Shown here one piece after another: positions 1 to 13,095 of a DNA stretch of 64,000 bases; positions within the stretch are counted from its first letter, which is position 1; each line of letters opens with the position of its first letter. Origin of the DNA: Squalus acanthias (lineage: Eukaryota); assembly GCA_030390025.1 (NCBI GenBank), contig CM059433.1:124001-188000 (forward strand), written 5' to 3'. The position numbers and the translations under genes were made by a program. A model generated the notes under the pieces. The model was not told the origin of the DNA. It saw nothing but the letters and a program-made list of their open reading frames with translations, and did no database searches.

Positions 1-171
1 TTGGACGTATTCCTGGAGCTTTCTTCATGTGACCTGCTGGATCCAACCGCCGTTTTCCCCCGTCTCCAATATTTTTATAAATGAACGAAAGTGGTCAAAG
101 AAAATGGAAAAAAAATCTTTTTCTTTAATGCCCTGTTGACTTTTATCCCAGGTTTGCTCACAACTGCAACT

Positions 172-662
172 GGGAATGGTAGCATAGTGGTTATGTTACC
201 AGACTAGTTAATCTCAGGGACAGACTTAGATTAAACAATCTGTTGTAGACATGGGTCAAATCCCACCACATGGCAGCTGGGGAATTTAAATTCTGTCACT
301 TAAATAAATCTGGAATAAAAAGCTACCATCAGTAATGATGACCATGAAACTATTGGATTGTGTTAAAATCCCACCTTGTTCACTAATGTCCTTTAGGGAA
401 GGAAATCTGCCGTCCATACCCGGTCTGGCCTATATGTGACTCCAGACCCACAGCAATGTGGTTGACTCTTTAACTGCCCTCTGAAATGGCCGAGCAAGTC
501 ACTCAGTTGTACCAAACTGCTCCTGTGGGAGCACCTTCACCACACGGACTGCAGCGGTGCAAGGTGGCGGCTCACCACCACCTTCTCAAGGCCAATTAGG
601 GATGGGCAATAAATGCTGGCCTTGCCAGCGACGCCCACATCACATGAATGAATAAAAAAAAA
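172..662 (+). mobile_element. tRNA-head SINE-like element with LINE-derived 3' tail
   Basis: Box A-like GGTAGCATAGTGG (~178) and box B-like GGGTCAAATCC (~252). The 3' part reads like a LINE ORF end (…AAHHHLLK) followed by an A-rich tail. An inverted homolog of the head lies at ~18196-18495. Confidence 0.65.
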
Positions 663-964
663 TCCAGATTATTAAAATCCTGGAGACTCCAGGACATCCT
701 GCAGATGTTGGAAACCCAACACACGACTCTGCCTCAGTACATGCCAAGTGTTGTCTTGTTTCCCCCACTCAATTCTTCACCCCCTGCCCCTCCCCACTAG
801 TATTTGTTTTTGTACCAATTCACAACTTTGTTGTTTAATTGGGTTTGGAGGAGTTCCTTGATGTGGCCTGGGACTTTGAAAGTGCCACTGGTGCTTTAGT
901 GACTGAATAAGCCCAATCCAGTTTTACCTGACGGGGGATTTGGTGATTTAGTTACTGGAACTTT

Positions 965-1086
965 GGGGATCACAGGGGCTACGGGGAAAGAGCAGGAGAG
1001 TGGGGGTTATTGGATCGTGCATTCAAAGAGCTGGCAGAGGCACGATGGGCCGAATGGCCTCCTTCTGTGCTGTATGATTCTATGAC
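965..1086 (+). mobile_element. CR1 LINE 3'-end fragment
   Basis: CGATGGGCCGAATGGCCTCCTTCTGTGCTGTATGATTCTATGA matches the 3' tails of the CR1 copies elsewhere in the window. Confidence 0.7.
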
Positions 1087-4000
1087 TTGTCAGACAAGTG
1101 GTGAGGGTGGGGTCACTACAGCTCTTTAAAGGGGATCTTGACCAGTCCCTGAGAGGACATTGCCAGTTACAGCGAGAGTTAGTGGTTAGTTTAGCTTGTC
1201 ATGTGTCGGGAGTTGGAGAGCAATTGGCCAGAGGTTTTTCCTGAATTGGCCATGTTTCTTTGTTTCCAGAGATAGCGTAACTGGTAGGTGGGACGGCAGC
1301 GTGTCAGGTTATACTGTCTACTGGATGGGGTGAGCTTGATGGGTCTGATAGTCTTCATCTACTTTTGTTTGTATGTGTATGTGCAGACTGGGGATTGACT
1401 CTGGGCCCAGCCTGGTGTGTGGCTCAGAGAGTTCACCCAGTCAGTGACTGAGACCAGGGACAATCTCCAGTCTGCAATCCCCCATGGCAGAACTCATCTC
1501 TTCCCCTTTCTGTTCCCTTCAATGATCCGTGCACAAATCAGGAGACACACAGCAAGTTTGTTCATTTTCAATCCACGTTTATTTTCAGATGTTAAACTTC
1601 TCACATTTCAGTTATTGAAACATGACTCTCTGGTCCATCCAGCCTGCCCCACACAACTGTGATGGCCTTGTCCATCGCAATATATAGACCCCCTCAGCCC
1701 ACCCAAGACCGTGTGATCTCCTGGGAGAGGCGAAAAACCAGACATAAAAACCCAGGCCAATTTGGGAAAAGAATCTGGGAAATTCCTCTCCGACCCCCTT
1801 AGGCGATCGAAACTAGTCCAGGAGATCATTCTGGCCCAAATAAGTCCATGCATTCGAAGACAATTACTTTTCCCACTTTTACTCTGCTAACATCAATTGA
1901 ACACCGTCCCCGGAGCCTGGTCTTCAACAATCTCCAGTCTAGTTCTGTACCAGCAGTCACAAACCCAATATTCAGCGATGACGAGAAACTGGTTGGCAGG
2001 TTGTCTAGAGTTCCCACTTCTGTCGTTCCAGGTTGAACAAAAACTGTCCCCAATCTTTTCTTTAAAGTGTTAACTGTGACACCGTTTAATTTGCTGGGAA
2101 CATCCGTTCCTAAACATTGACAGGCCGAATTGGGGGTGGAATGTGGATCTAATTACCAGGATGCATCAGCACAATTTGCCTGGGGAAAATCTCTTAAGGC
2201 ATGACCTTCCCGGTTAAGACATTTTGTTAAGACGTCCTAACTTTGAAGGGCACACCCACTTGTTTTTCCCCTCCCTCCCCGACTCCCGTGCAGTGTTAAC
2301 TTTTAGCACGCCCCAGAACCCAGTTTGTTGACACCCAAAGACAACCGAGAACGAGGAAATGACATACCAAACACTCCCCACTAGACCCAAGAGACAACCA
2401 GGTGGGTGGCAAATGCCGCGTCACTTGAAGAATGAAGAGGAGCTTACAAGGGAACAGCTGACACGGGAACAGCTGACAAGGGAGCTGTGATCTTCATTCG
2501 GCCATTCTGCACACACTGCTGGCGACTAACCAGGTAGTACTGAGGACGAGGAGGGCGGAGGTATTTGTATGGGAACAGAGGCTTCAATGACCAGGACAGA
2601 CACAATAAAGTGAGCATTACCCATGAGTGCCGCACTGCTGGTTTACCCTAATCTGACGGGCATTCCATCTCAACTGCCAGGCCACCAATCAGAAGCTGGC
2701 AGGATCCAAATCCAGATCCTGACGGTTCAGCTTACTGTTTGGATCCGGCGCTGGCACCCGTGAATAACACCCACTTTGATCAGTTTGTCCTGGGAGCCGG
2801 AGAGTCTGTTCGCTTGCAGGTACGGTCCGCCCGTCTCACCCTGAGTACCAGTTGGACAGTGTCCGGCAGTGTGTGGAGGATGTCAGAATGAAAAATTCCC
2901 TAAAAAAAGGTAGGGTCCTCTATACCCTAAAACTGACTTGGATTTCTCCCGTGGGCTCCTGAAATCAAAGTGTGTATTCAACACCCGGGTGTCCCTGAAG
3001 CACGGTTTGTGAGGTAACTAAAGGGTTAACCAGAACCACCACCTGCTGCAATTTCCTGGAGCATCCTGGAGATCAGGCAACCCCGAACAACAGAATCCAG
3101 AAACAAAAGAACGAAAGACTGTCGGGCCTCCGCCCTGACTGCCTGAGGTCCTCCAGCAGATTGGTGATTGTCCAGTGATGCGAGCAAGTCGATCGACCTG
3201 GTTATCCCCTCCAAGAACTGAAGATGTTCTGGACTACCTCAGTGTGGATCATCCACTAGTTAGGGTGGACTACAGAGCAGCTGAGTGTGCCGACTGTTGT
3301 GTTGTCCTCCCCGGGCCAAATGTGGCACCAAGAGTGTCACCCCGTCGTTCAAGCACCAATGGGAAGCAATGCGTTATCCTGACAGAGGGACCCAGGAAGG
3401 AGAGTCCCACCCTGTTTGTTGACTTACCGGACCCTCGTCATATTGTCTGTCTGCAGACACACTGACTTACCCCGCACCGAGTCTGAAAGTGGAAATGTCC
3501 TCTTATACCGTTCACACCCCGAGCCTTTTGAAATGCCAAGTGAAATCACTGGCCGAGAAGACCATTCATCCTGAATGTGGCTCCCACCCATATGTCAAAG
3601 CATTAGCTGAAGAGCTTGATGGCTGTAGCACCAACCCCTGGAGAACACTGTGCTCCCAGGACCACCAGCTCTAGTTCAGATCCTGCGACAAAGGAGACCT
3701 GTGGAAACATTACTGGCAGAGTGATGGTCACCCAGAAGCTTCAACTGGAGAAATATCCCCAACAGTTGAGCCTTCTGGATGACGATCACTTGCTCTCAGT
3801 GTGGATGGTAGAAGACCTGCCAGTATTGCCCACGAGTAGATGATTCCTCAGATGGTCAAACCAAAGCACGTTATGAAAAACATGGAGGCTCAAGATGCAA
3901 ATGCAGAGGATACTCACTACTTCTGGTCTCCTGGACCCAAGCATCCAGAGTGATCCACTTCCACAGGGATGTACTGGAAATAGCCCACCCACACAACTCT

Positions 4001-6597
4001 GAGGTGGGCTATCCAGGCATGATCACTACTGGGGGAGGTGGAGCTGGACATGGTCTCGAAGGTTACTTGTTGCGAACTACCTGCATTCCAGGTCCTAATC
4101 TGGAATGACGGGCTAGCAAGATACAAAGGACATCGTGCTCCGGATAAAGCCTTGAATAGGCTGGTGGAGGTGAATGGATTGGTGGTGGTGAGTGCGTTGG
4201 TGATAGTGGATAGGTGGTGAGTGGATTGGTGTTGGCGAGTGGAAGGGTCCTATAGATGGGGTGGGCTAAGCTACAAAGTGAGCAGTGCCCCCCACCCTTG
4301 TGTGTCAATTCGGGAATGCCTGAAGGTTCTGCTACAGCAGCTCCTCCACTTGCTCGCCAAAGAAGCCTCGGCACCAATGGGCATCTGCAGTACCTGAAGG
4401 ATCCCCAAGGTGTGAGGACAAACTGAGTGGCAATGCAAGATCCACTGGATGATAGATCCTGCTCCTACATTGAGAGCACCCACACAGCCTGCTGCTGCAG
4501 CAGATGCTCTCTGAAGGTGGTCCTCTCTGGCAGGGATTGCTCCCTCAACTCACCTGCTGGTCAGTGAAGCCAGCCCCAGTGGATTTGGTGGCAGGGAATT
4601 CGGGATATGCGCCAAACCCTGCAGGAAGGTCTAGTTTCCTGGGCAGTTCCCTTCCTTCTGAGGCTTTCACGACTGAAGTTCGCCAGCTGTACCAGCGAAC
4701 CTTAAGTTGTGAGGCAGGGTGGCTGGACTGTCTACCTGGGCCATAACTGGGGCGCGCCTATCAATTCCGCCCAAACCGCCTTGGAAATTGGGAGGGGGAA
4801 TCCAACAAAAGTCAATGCCTGAGGCCTTTGCAAGACCCCAGATAAAGACTCAACCCCCACAAGTGATGGAACTTCCGGAACTCACAGTTTCAGACTCGAA
4901 GTCACCCTTGTTTTGAATACATGGAAAAGCCTCAACGCACGGAAGCCGCGGTCGACTCAGGCTCCCAGTTTGGTTTCTGGAGCGCACGCACCCTCCCTGG
5001 GAGTGCCTCTCGAGTGTCGTAGGGAGCGGCTGAAGGTGGGTCCACAGTGGTGGGTGGGAGCCACAGATCTATAAATAGAGAACTGCGGCTTCACTCACCA
5101 AAGTGGACATCACCCGCAGCATAGGTGACCCTGTGTAGGGTCGAGTCCACCGAGGGTGGTGCCCCCAAATGAGCAGGCGCCAACTGGAGACCAATGTCCC
5201 GGGGCTGCGTTGGTGTCACCAGAGGGGACGGATGCCTCTGGTGAAGGACACACCAACAGTAGCTGGTGGCGCTTGGGGGGACCAGCCTGATTCTGGCACC
5301 AGTAGGCACGGACACCTCCGAACCAGCTGGTGCCAGATGAGGACTCTTCCTCTATCCTGGGAGGCCTCGGTACAAGTGGTACCGGGGTTTCACCCGATGT
5401 TGTTGACTGGGATGGATTGGCTTTAACCAGCTCGTCCCACTCCACACCATCGGGGCAACAACCGGAGCGTCCACCCTTGAGACTTTCCTGTTCAGTCCCA
5501 ACACTTGGACCACCGGTCGACATCGGTCGGAGATGACTGTATGGACTGGGCCCTATCCAGTGCCAGTGCAGTTAACCCTGAGCAATGCCGAACTGAGCCT
5601 GGAGTTGGAGCAGGGTTGGTGCTTGATGCCGATGCGGGGACCTGAGGGCTGGACGTGAAGGTCCAGCCCAGGGGAGAACTAGGGAGGAGGGAGAGGGGCG
5701 TGGGAAATTTTTAAAAATGGGAAAGAAACATGCCAGAAGGGAAAGAGTTGGTTTAACACCATCTCCAGTCATTGGCTGCACATTTAAATGGATCTGTTAT
5801 TGGCCGTCAAATAAAGAAATTAAAAGATGTACAGTTGATACTAAAGAAATGGATGGGACACGGAGGGATGGGCGTGAGGGGGATTTCAGTGTCGCTGCTC
5901 GCTCCTTTGTGGTATCTCTGCTGCTCGCAGTGATGCGATTTTGCTCAGTTGTCTTTGTAGTTTTGATACTCACAACTTTAGTCTGTTGGTAGTTTCATGA
6001 ATCCGTCCATTTCCTCTCACTCATCCTGACACCAACCGTGTACCTGTGGCAGAAGAAGAAATTACACAAAAATCACTGGATTGCAACAAGGACAACGATG
6101 GGCATTTTATCGCTCCCCTCGTATAGTAAACCATATAACCTGTAAAAGTATTTATCAAATTCCCTTTAAAAAGTCAACACCTGGGCCAGCGTCGAGCTGT
6201 GTGGGCAGGTACCGAGCGCGGTCAAGGCAGCTCCAGTGGCATTACTGCCCAGGAGGAACATTCTTCGAGTCTTAACCCTGAGCTCTCAGTACTGGTGAAG
6301 ACTTTGAGAAACTGATTATTCAGTTGTTCTCTCTCCCTGTCAGCCTCTCCTCTTATTTAGTCCCGTTCATTCAACACCAATCAACACTTTCAAGAGGGAC
6401 GCTCTCGACTTTTGAAATGGTCGGGCTGAGCTGTCCCACAGAACTACCAATAACAAACTGAACTATTCCACCCGACTGTGCATCAATATTACTGTATCTA
6501 ATAAACTGTTCATATTGCTCATTAATAATACAAGATAAACAGGTTAAGACAAACCTTTCAAAGTTCACGAACTTCTGTCCACGCCGCTGGTTGGTGA

Positions 6598-7882
6598 TAT
6601 AGAACATAGAACATAGAACAGTACAGCACAGTACAGGCCCTTCGGCCCTCGATGTTGTGCCGAGCATTGTCCGAGACCAAGATCAAGCTATCACACTCCC
6701 TATCACTCTGGTGTGCTCCATGTGCTTATCCAATAACCGCTTGAAAGTTCCTAAAGTGTCCGACTCCACTATCACAGCAGGCAGTCCATTCCACACACCA
6801 ACCACTCTCTGAGTAAAGAATCTACCTCGGACATCCCTTCTATATCTCCCCCCATGCACCTTATAGTTATGCCCCCTTGTAACAGCTGCCTCTACCCGAG
6901 GAAATAGTCTCTGAACATCCACTCTATCTATCCCCCTCATCATCTTATAAACCTCTATTAAGTCGCCTCTCATCCTCCTCCGCTCTAAAGAGAAAAGCCC
7001 CAACTCCCTCAATCTTTCCTCATAAGACCTCCCCCCCAAACCAGGCAGCATCCTGGTAAATCTCCTTTGCACTCTTTCCAATGCTTCTACGTCCTTCCTA
7101 TAGTGAGGTGACCAGAACTGCACACAATATTCCAAATGTGGTCTCACCAAGGTCCTGTACAGTTGCAGCATAACCTCACGGTTCTTAAACTCAAACCCTC
7201 TGTTAATAAACGCCAACACACCATAGGCCTTCTTTACTGCTCTATCCACTTGAGTGGCAACCTTCAGAGATCTGTGGATATGAACCCCCAGATCCCTCTG
7301 CTCCTCCACGTTCCTCAGAACCCTGCCGTTGACCCTGTAATCCTTATTCAAATTTGCCCTACCAAAATGAATCACCTCGCACTTATCAGGGTTAAATTCC
7401 ATCTGCCATTTTTCGGCCCAGCTCTGCATCCTATCAATGTCTCTTTGCAGCCTACAACTGCCCTCCACCTCATCCACTACTCCACCAATCTTGGTGTCAT
7501 CAGCAAATTTACTGATCCACCCTTCATTCCCCTCCTCCAAGTCATTGATAAAAATCACAAACAGCAGAGGACCCAGCACCGACCCCTGTGGCACACCGCT
7601 GGTAACTGGTCTCCAGTCCGAAAATGTTCCATCCACCACCACCCTCTGCCTTCTATGAGATAGCCAGTTACTTATCCAATCGGCCAAATTTCTCTCTATC
7701 CCACAACTCCTTACTTTCTTCATGAGACGACCATGGGGAACCTTATCAAACGCCTTACTAAAATCCATGTATACGACATCAACTGCTCTACCTTCATCTA
7801 CACACTTAGTTACCTCCTCAAAGAATTCAATCAAATTTGTTAGGCAAGACTTACCCTTCACGAATCCGTGTTGACTATCCCT
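6598..7882 (-). mobile_element. 5'-truncated CR1 LINE, open reverse transcriptase C-terminal half
   Basis: ORF 6683-7918 contains QHGF..GKSCLTNL, YMDFSKAFDKVPH, GVPQGSVLGP, FADD and RPHLEYCVQFWSP. A (TTCTATG)n tail lies at 6598-6620. Confidence 0.95.
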
Positions 7883-9179
7883 GATGTTTTCATTGTTCGT
7901 GCTCTCTTCACAAAGCAAAGCTGTTCAGATGTTCACTCAATGCAGCTGCCTTTCCTTCATGTAAACTGATTGTATCGCCTCTTGCATCAAATTTTTATCA
8001 AGTTTGTAAAGCTATTGTGATGTCTCATCTCATTGTGATGCGCAGTGTGAGGGTGATGCTTGCTCTGTGATGTCACGGTTTGACCCGTCCAGCCTCACCT
8101 TGAAACCATATTTGGTAAAAGGGTGTAGATTTTTGCAATTATCATGATTTTAATAATAAGGAGAGAAGCAAGTTTAATTGAGCATTTTATTGAACGAAAG
8201 GCTGCTACTTTAAAAAAAAGGTATAGCAGCCTTGTAAAATGGCCGCCGAGCATCGTGACAGGCTTTCCAGAACATGGTGAGCACTCAGACACTGCAGTAA
8301 TAAAAAAACGTTCGGACTTCAAGACCCACTTGAAACTTGTTTAGACGAAGGCAACATTGATTTATCCTTGTTTCTCCCAAAATCATACCAGAAAATTAGG
8401 GTGAAAAAAGTGTTTTTAACGTTAATTTTTTGTAAACAGTTAATTAAAAATCTTTAAATTCTTTCTAGTCTCATTGCAGCTTTGACAGAAGAAGTTGCTC
8501 CCAGTTTCTCTTTCCCTCTTCAATGCTGTCGCTAAACATGCAACAATAAAATAAAGTAAACTCTGACTCCAAACGGAGCTCAAACCAGAAAGTGAATAAA
8601 GTGATTAAACTTCCAAAGAAGGCGGTGAGGTTTTCTGTCCTCAGCCTTGGCGATGAGTTGGGATCAGTTCTAGAGAAGTTGTTTCCTTTATTTCTGCTGC
8701 CGTTCCCTCCGTCTCTCACAGACTCGGAGGAACAAATGGGGGGACAATCATTTTCTCCCTCTTCCAATAACATGATAAAATAACCCTAATAAACGCTTAC
8801 AAAAAGGGGACAATATCTGTCAAAATTTAACTGGAACTTACCGCGGGACATTCAACATCACTTTCCCGGATTTTTTGCGGATTTAAGTAATTTTCCGATT
8901 TTTAAAAAAAATTCACGGTGGGCCTAAAACTTGTTTGCTTTCACCTCCTTCCAGCGGCCCTTATACATGTGCTGCACCTCCACCTGTGTTGTTGTGAGAC
9001 CCGGCTCAGTCCCCGCGAGTGGAACACATGATCCTGGACCCTCACCCCTCTCTCTCTCTCTCGCTGTGTGCCCCTCTCCCTGTCCCTCCCTCTGTTTCAC
9101 TCTCTATCGCCCTCTATCATTAGGGGGGGATTAAATATGTGAGGTTACGGGGATAGGATAGGAAGGGATATGTTAGGGG

Positions 9180-9366
9180 GAATTAAATACGTGGGGTTAT
9201 GGGGATAGGGTGGGATATGTGTCGGTGCAGGCTCGATGGGGATTCTGTGTGAGAAAGCAGGGACAGGGTACTGGATTTGGATGATCAGCCATGATCGTAT
9301 TGAATGGTGGAGCAGGCTCGATGGGCCGAATGGCCTACTCCTGCTCCTAGTTTCTATGTTTCTATC
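9180..9366 (+). repeat. SINE/CR1 3'-tail composite fragment
   Basis: CR1-type tail ending TTTCTATGTTTCTAT. A near-copy lies at 11458-11627. Confidence 0.6.
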
Positions 9367-9532
9367 CCTGTCTCTCTCTCTCTCTCTGTCTCTCTCTGTC
9401 TCTCTCTCTCAATCTCCCTTTGTCCCTGTCTCTCTCTCTCTCTCCCTCTGTCTCTGTCTCTCTCTCTCTCTCTGTCTCTCTCTCTCTCTCCCTCTGTCTC
9501 TGTCTCTCTCTCTCAATCTCCCTCTGTCCCTG

Positions 9533-9566
<34 letters not shown>

Positions 9567-10029
9567 TCTGTCCCTGTCTCTCTCTCTCAATCTCCCTCTG
9601 TCCCTGTCTCTCTCTCTCTCTCTGTCTCTCTCTCTCTCTCCCTCTATCCCTGTCTCTCTCTCTCAATCTCCCTCTGTCTCTGTCTCTCTCTCTCTCTGTT
9701 TGTCTCTCTCTCTCCCTCTATCCCTGTCTCTCTCTCTCAATCTCCCTCTGTCCCTGTCTCTCTCTGTCTCTGTGTATCTCTGTCCCTCTCGCCGTCTGTC
9801 CCTGTCCCTCTCTCTATCTCCCTCTGTCCCTGTCTCTCTGTCCATCTGTCCCTCTCTCTCTCTCTCTCTTTGTCTCTCTCTCTCTCTCTCTCCCTCTGTC
9901 CCTCTCTCTCTCTCTCTCTCTCTCTCCCTCTGCCCCTGTATCTCTCTCTATCTCCCTCTGTCTCTGTCTCTCTCTCTATCTCCCTCTGTCTCTATCTCTA
10001 TCTCCCTATCTCTCTCTGCCTGTCTCACT
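9367..10029. repeat. CT-rich micro/minisatellite
   Basis: (CT)n interrupted by recurring CAATCTCCCTCTGTCCCTGT units. Confidence 0.95.
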
Positions 10030-11411
10030 GCAGGCCAGTGAGCCTTACATCAGTGGTAGGAAAATTATTGGAAAAAATTCTGAGGGACAAAATCAGTCTC
10101 CACTTGGAGAGGCAAGGATTAATCAGGGTTAGCCAACATGGCTTTGTCAAGGGAAGATCATGTCTGACTAATTTGATTGAATTTTTTGAGGGGGTGACTC
10201 GGTGTGTGGATGAGGGTAACGCAGTGGATGTGGTATACGTGGATTTCAGTAAGGCCTTCGATAAAGTCCCGCACAGGATACTGGTCAAGAAGGTAAGAGC
10301 CCATGGAATCCAGGGTACCTTGGCACATTGGATACAAAACTGGCTCAGTGGCAGAAGGCAGAGGGTGATGGTCAAAGGTTGTTTTTGTGACTGGAAGCCT
10401 GTGGCCAGTGGGGTACCACAGGGATCGGTGCTGGGTCCCTTGCTGTTTGTGGTCTACATTAACGACTTGGATATGAATGTAAAAGGTATGATCAGTAAGT
10501 TCGCGGATGATACAAAAATTGGTAGGGTGGTAAATAGCGAGGAGGGTAGCCTCAGTCTGCAGGACGATATAGATGGGTTGGTCAGATGGGCGGAACAGTG
10601 GCAAATGGAATTTAATCCGGAAAAGTGCGAGGTGATGCACTTTGGAGGGACTAACAAGGCAAGGGAATATACAATGAATGGTAAGACCCTAGGCAAGATG
10701 GAGGGTCAGAGGGATCTTGGTGTGCAAGTACACAGATCCCTGAAGGCGGCGGAACAGGTGGATAAGGTGGTAAAAAAGGCATATGGGATACTTGCATTCA
10801 TTAGCCGAGGCATAGAATATAAGAGCAAGGAGGTTATGATGGAGCTGTATAAAACACTGGTTAGGCCACATCTGGAATACTGTGTGCAGTTCTGGTCGCC
10901 ACACTACAGGAAGGATGTGATCGCTTTGGAGAGGGTGCAGAGGAGATTCATCAGAATGTTACCCGGGCTGGAGTGCTTCAGCTATGAAGAGAGACTGGGC
11001 AGATTGGGTTTGTTTTCCTTGGAGCAGAGGAGGCTGAGGGGGGACATGATTGAGGTGTACAAAATTATGAGGGGCATAGATAGGATGGATACTAAGGAGC
11101 TTTTTCCCTTAGTAGAGGGGTCTATAACAAGGGGGCATAGATTCAAGGTAAAGGGCAGGAGGTTTAGAGGGGATTTGAGAAAGAACTTTTTCACCCAGAG
11201 GGTGGTTGGAGTCTGGAACTCACTGCCTGAAAGGGTTGTGGAGGCAGGAACCCTCACAACATTCAAGAAGCATTTGGATGAGCACTTGAAATGCCATCGC
11301 ATACAAGGCTACGGACCAAATGCTGGAATATGGGATTAGATTAGACAGGGCTTGATGGCCGGCGCGGACACGATGGGCTGAAGGGCCTCTATCCGTGCTG
11401 TATAACTCTAT
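10030..11411 (+). mobile_element. 5'-truncated CR1 LINE, open RT domain (stop 11339) with 3' tail
   Basis: RPVSLTSVVGK, DFSKAFDKVPH, GVPQGSVLGP and FADD motifs. The tail GTGCTGTATAACTCTAT continues as TATGACTC units after the Harbinger insertions. Confidence 0.95.
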
Positions 11412-11629
11412 GGGGTAAAAATTCAGTTGGTTGCGCCTCCCGTTAGCGCCTTAAATGGGAATTAAATACGTGGGGTTACGGGGGTAGGGTGGGATATGTG
11501 TACTGTGGGGATTAAAGCAGGGAGAGGGTACTGGATTTGGATGATCAGCCATGATCGTATTGAATGGCGGAGCAGGCTCGACGGGCCGAATGGCCTACTC
11601 CTGCTCCTAGATTCTATGTTTCTATGTCT

Positions 11630-12360
11630 ATGTATCTCCTTCCCTATGACCCCAGACAAGCAGCATGACCGTGCTATGGGCTTTGCGAGGGTAGCGGGCT
11701 TCCCCATGGTGCAGGGCGCCATTGACTGCACGCATGTGGCTTTGCGTGCTCCGCGAGAGAATGCAGAGGAGTTCCGGAACAGAAAGGGGTTCCATTCCTT
11801 GAATGTGCAGTTGGTCTGTGACCACAGACAGGTGATTCTCGCTGTCAATGCCCACTATCCGGGCAGCTGCCACGATGCTTTCATCCTGCGCCAGAGTACT
11901 GTGGCAGAAATTTTCGAGGCACCGCATCAGCCAGTTGGTTGGCTTCTGGGGGACAAGGGGTACGCATTGAGCACCTGGCTGATGACACCGCTCCGTGCGC
12001 CAAACACCCCTGCTGAGCTGCGGTACCAGGAAAGCCAACAAGCAACGAGGAACATTATTGAGCGCACAATCGGCGTGCTCAAACAACGATTCCGCTGTCT
12101 GGACCATTCCGGAGGAGCCCTGCAGTACTCGCCTGAGCAAGTTTCCAAATTCGTAGTGGTGTGCTGCATGTTGCACAACATGGCAATCCTCAGGACGCAG
12201 CCAATGCCACCAGGCCTTGCAGCACCACAAGAGGAGGAGGAGGAAGAGGAGGAACAGGCCGAGGACGATGATCAGCAGCAGCACCAAGGCAGGAGGGCGG
12301 CCCACAATGGTCAAACTGCAAGGGCCGTCCGTCAACGACTAATAGCAAGCCGCTTCTGGG
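11630..12360 (+). pseudogene. Harbinger (HARBI1-like, DDE_Tnp_4) transposase, N-terminally truncated
   Basis: GAIDCTHV, NRKGFHSLNVQLVCD, PGSCHDAFIL, LLGDKGY, IERTIGVLKQRFRCL and CCMLHN motifs. The 5' part is replaced by a CR1-tail fragment. Confidence 0.9.
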
Positions 12361-13095
12361 GCCCCTGCCAGTGCTACAAACACGAATCAACCCAGCACGC
12401 AACCCCTAAGCCGGCCAAGGCACCAATAATTCCAACCACCAGCCATGTATATTTTGAATACAGAAACTTATTTATTGTACAAACTCTGTGTGTGTCAATT
12501 CCTCATGACAAACTCATAGAAATAAACACAAAAAAACAGTCAATAACATAACTGGTTCTCACAACCTGGAGATAATGTCCAAAACACTAAACAAAAGTTG
12601 GGCCATGAACCTCGGCCTTTAATAAAAAAATGACCAGCATTTTGGCACACCTCCTACTTTTTGCCCTTCGAGGGTGATCTCCTTCCCTTGCGCACTTCCC
12701 CCCTTCTAACCCTACTGCTCCTCCGTAATGGGCTGCAGCAAGGCTGGTGGAAGGCTGCTGCTTGTCAGACCCTGACACTGCAGATGCCCCTGAAGGACGG
12801 CCACGACCACTTCTGGGCCTGGAGGGCCCGGCTGCAGACTGCACCAACTCTGCATGGGCGGCAGCAGTCTGTCCTACAGGCGGTGGCAAGTGCAGTGGAG
12901 AAGTGACAGTGTTGGCAGCAGGAATGCTGTCATCGTGAGAGAGGACAGCAACTCCCTGCTCGCCCGACACACTGGCACTCCCACGGGGCAGCACTTCAGC
13001 ATCCGGAGCAATTTGCCGGAGAACAGATTGCTGGCCTGCTGCGGCGCGGTGACAGCCCCGGGGACATGTGCACGAACCATCGAGGATGGCAGCAG

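Noticed and set aside
1620..1835. Possible repeat 3'-end fragment
   Set aside because: It looks repeat-like, but I cannot assign a family or boundaries from the sequence alone.
2000..5600. GC-balanced region with many short ORFs, a possible decayed host exon
   Set aside because: No ORF shows a recognisable domain or consistent frame, so it cannot be called without a homology search.
9236..10132. Long Ser/Leu-rich ORFs, including the N-terminus of the 639-aa ORF
   Set aside because: Translations of (CT)n microsatellite. The in-frame fusion to CR1 RT is most simply explained by the lack of stop codons in the repeat.
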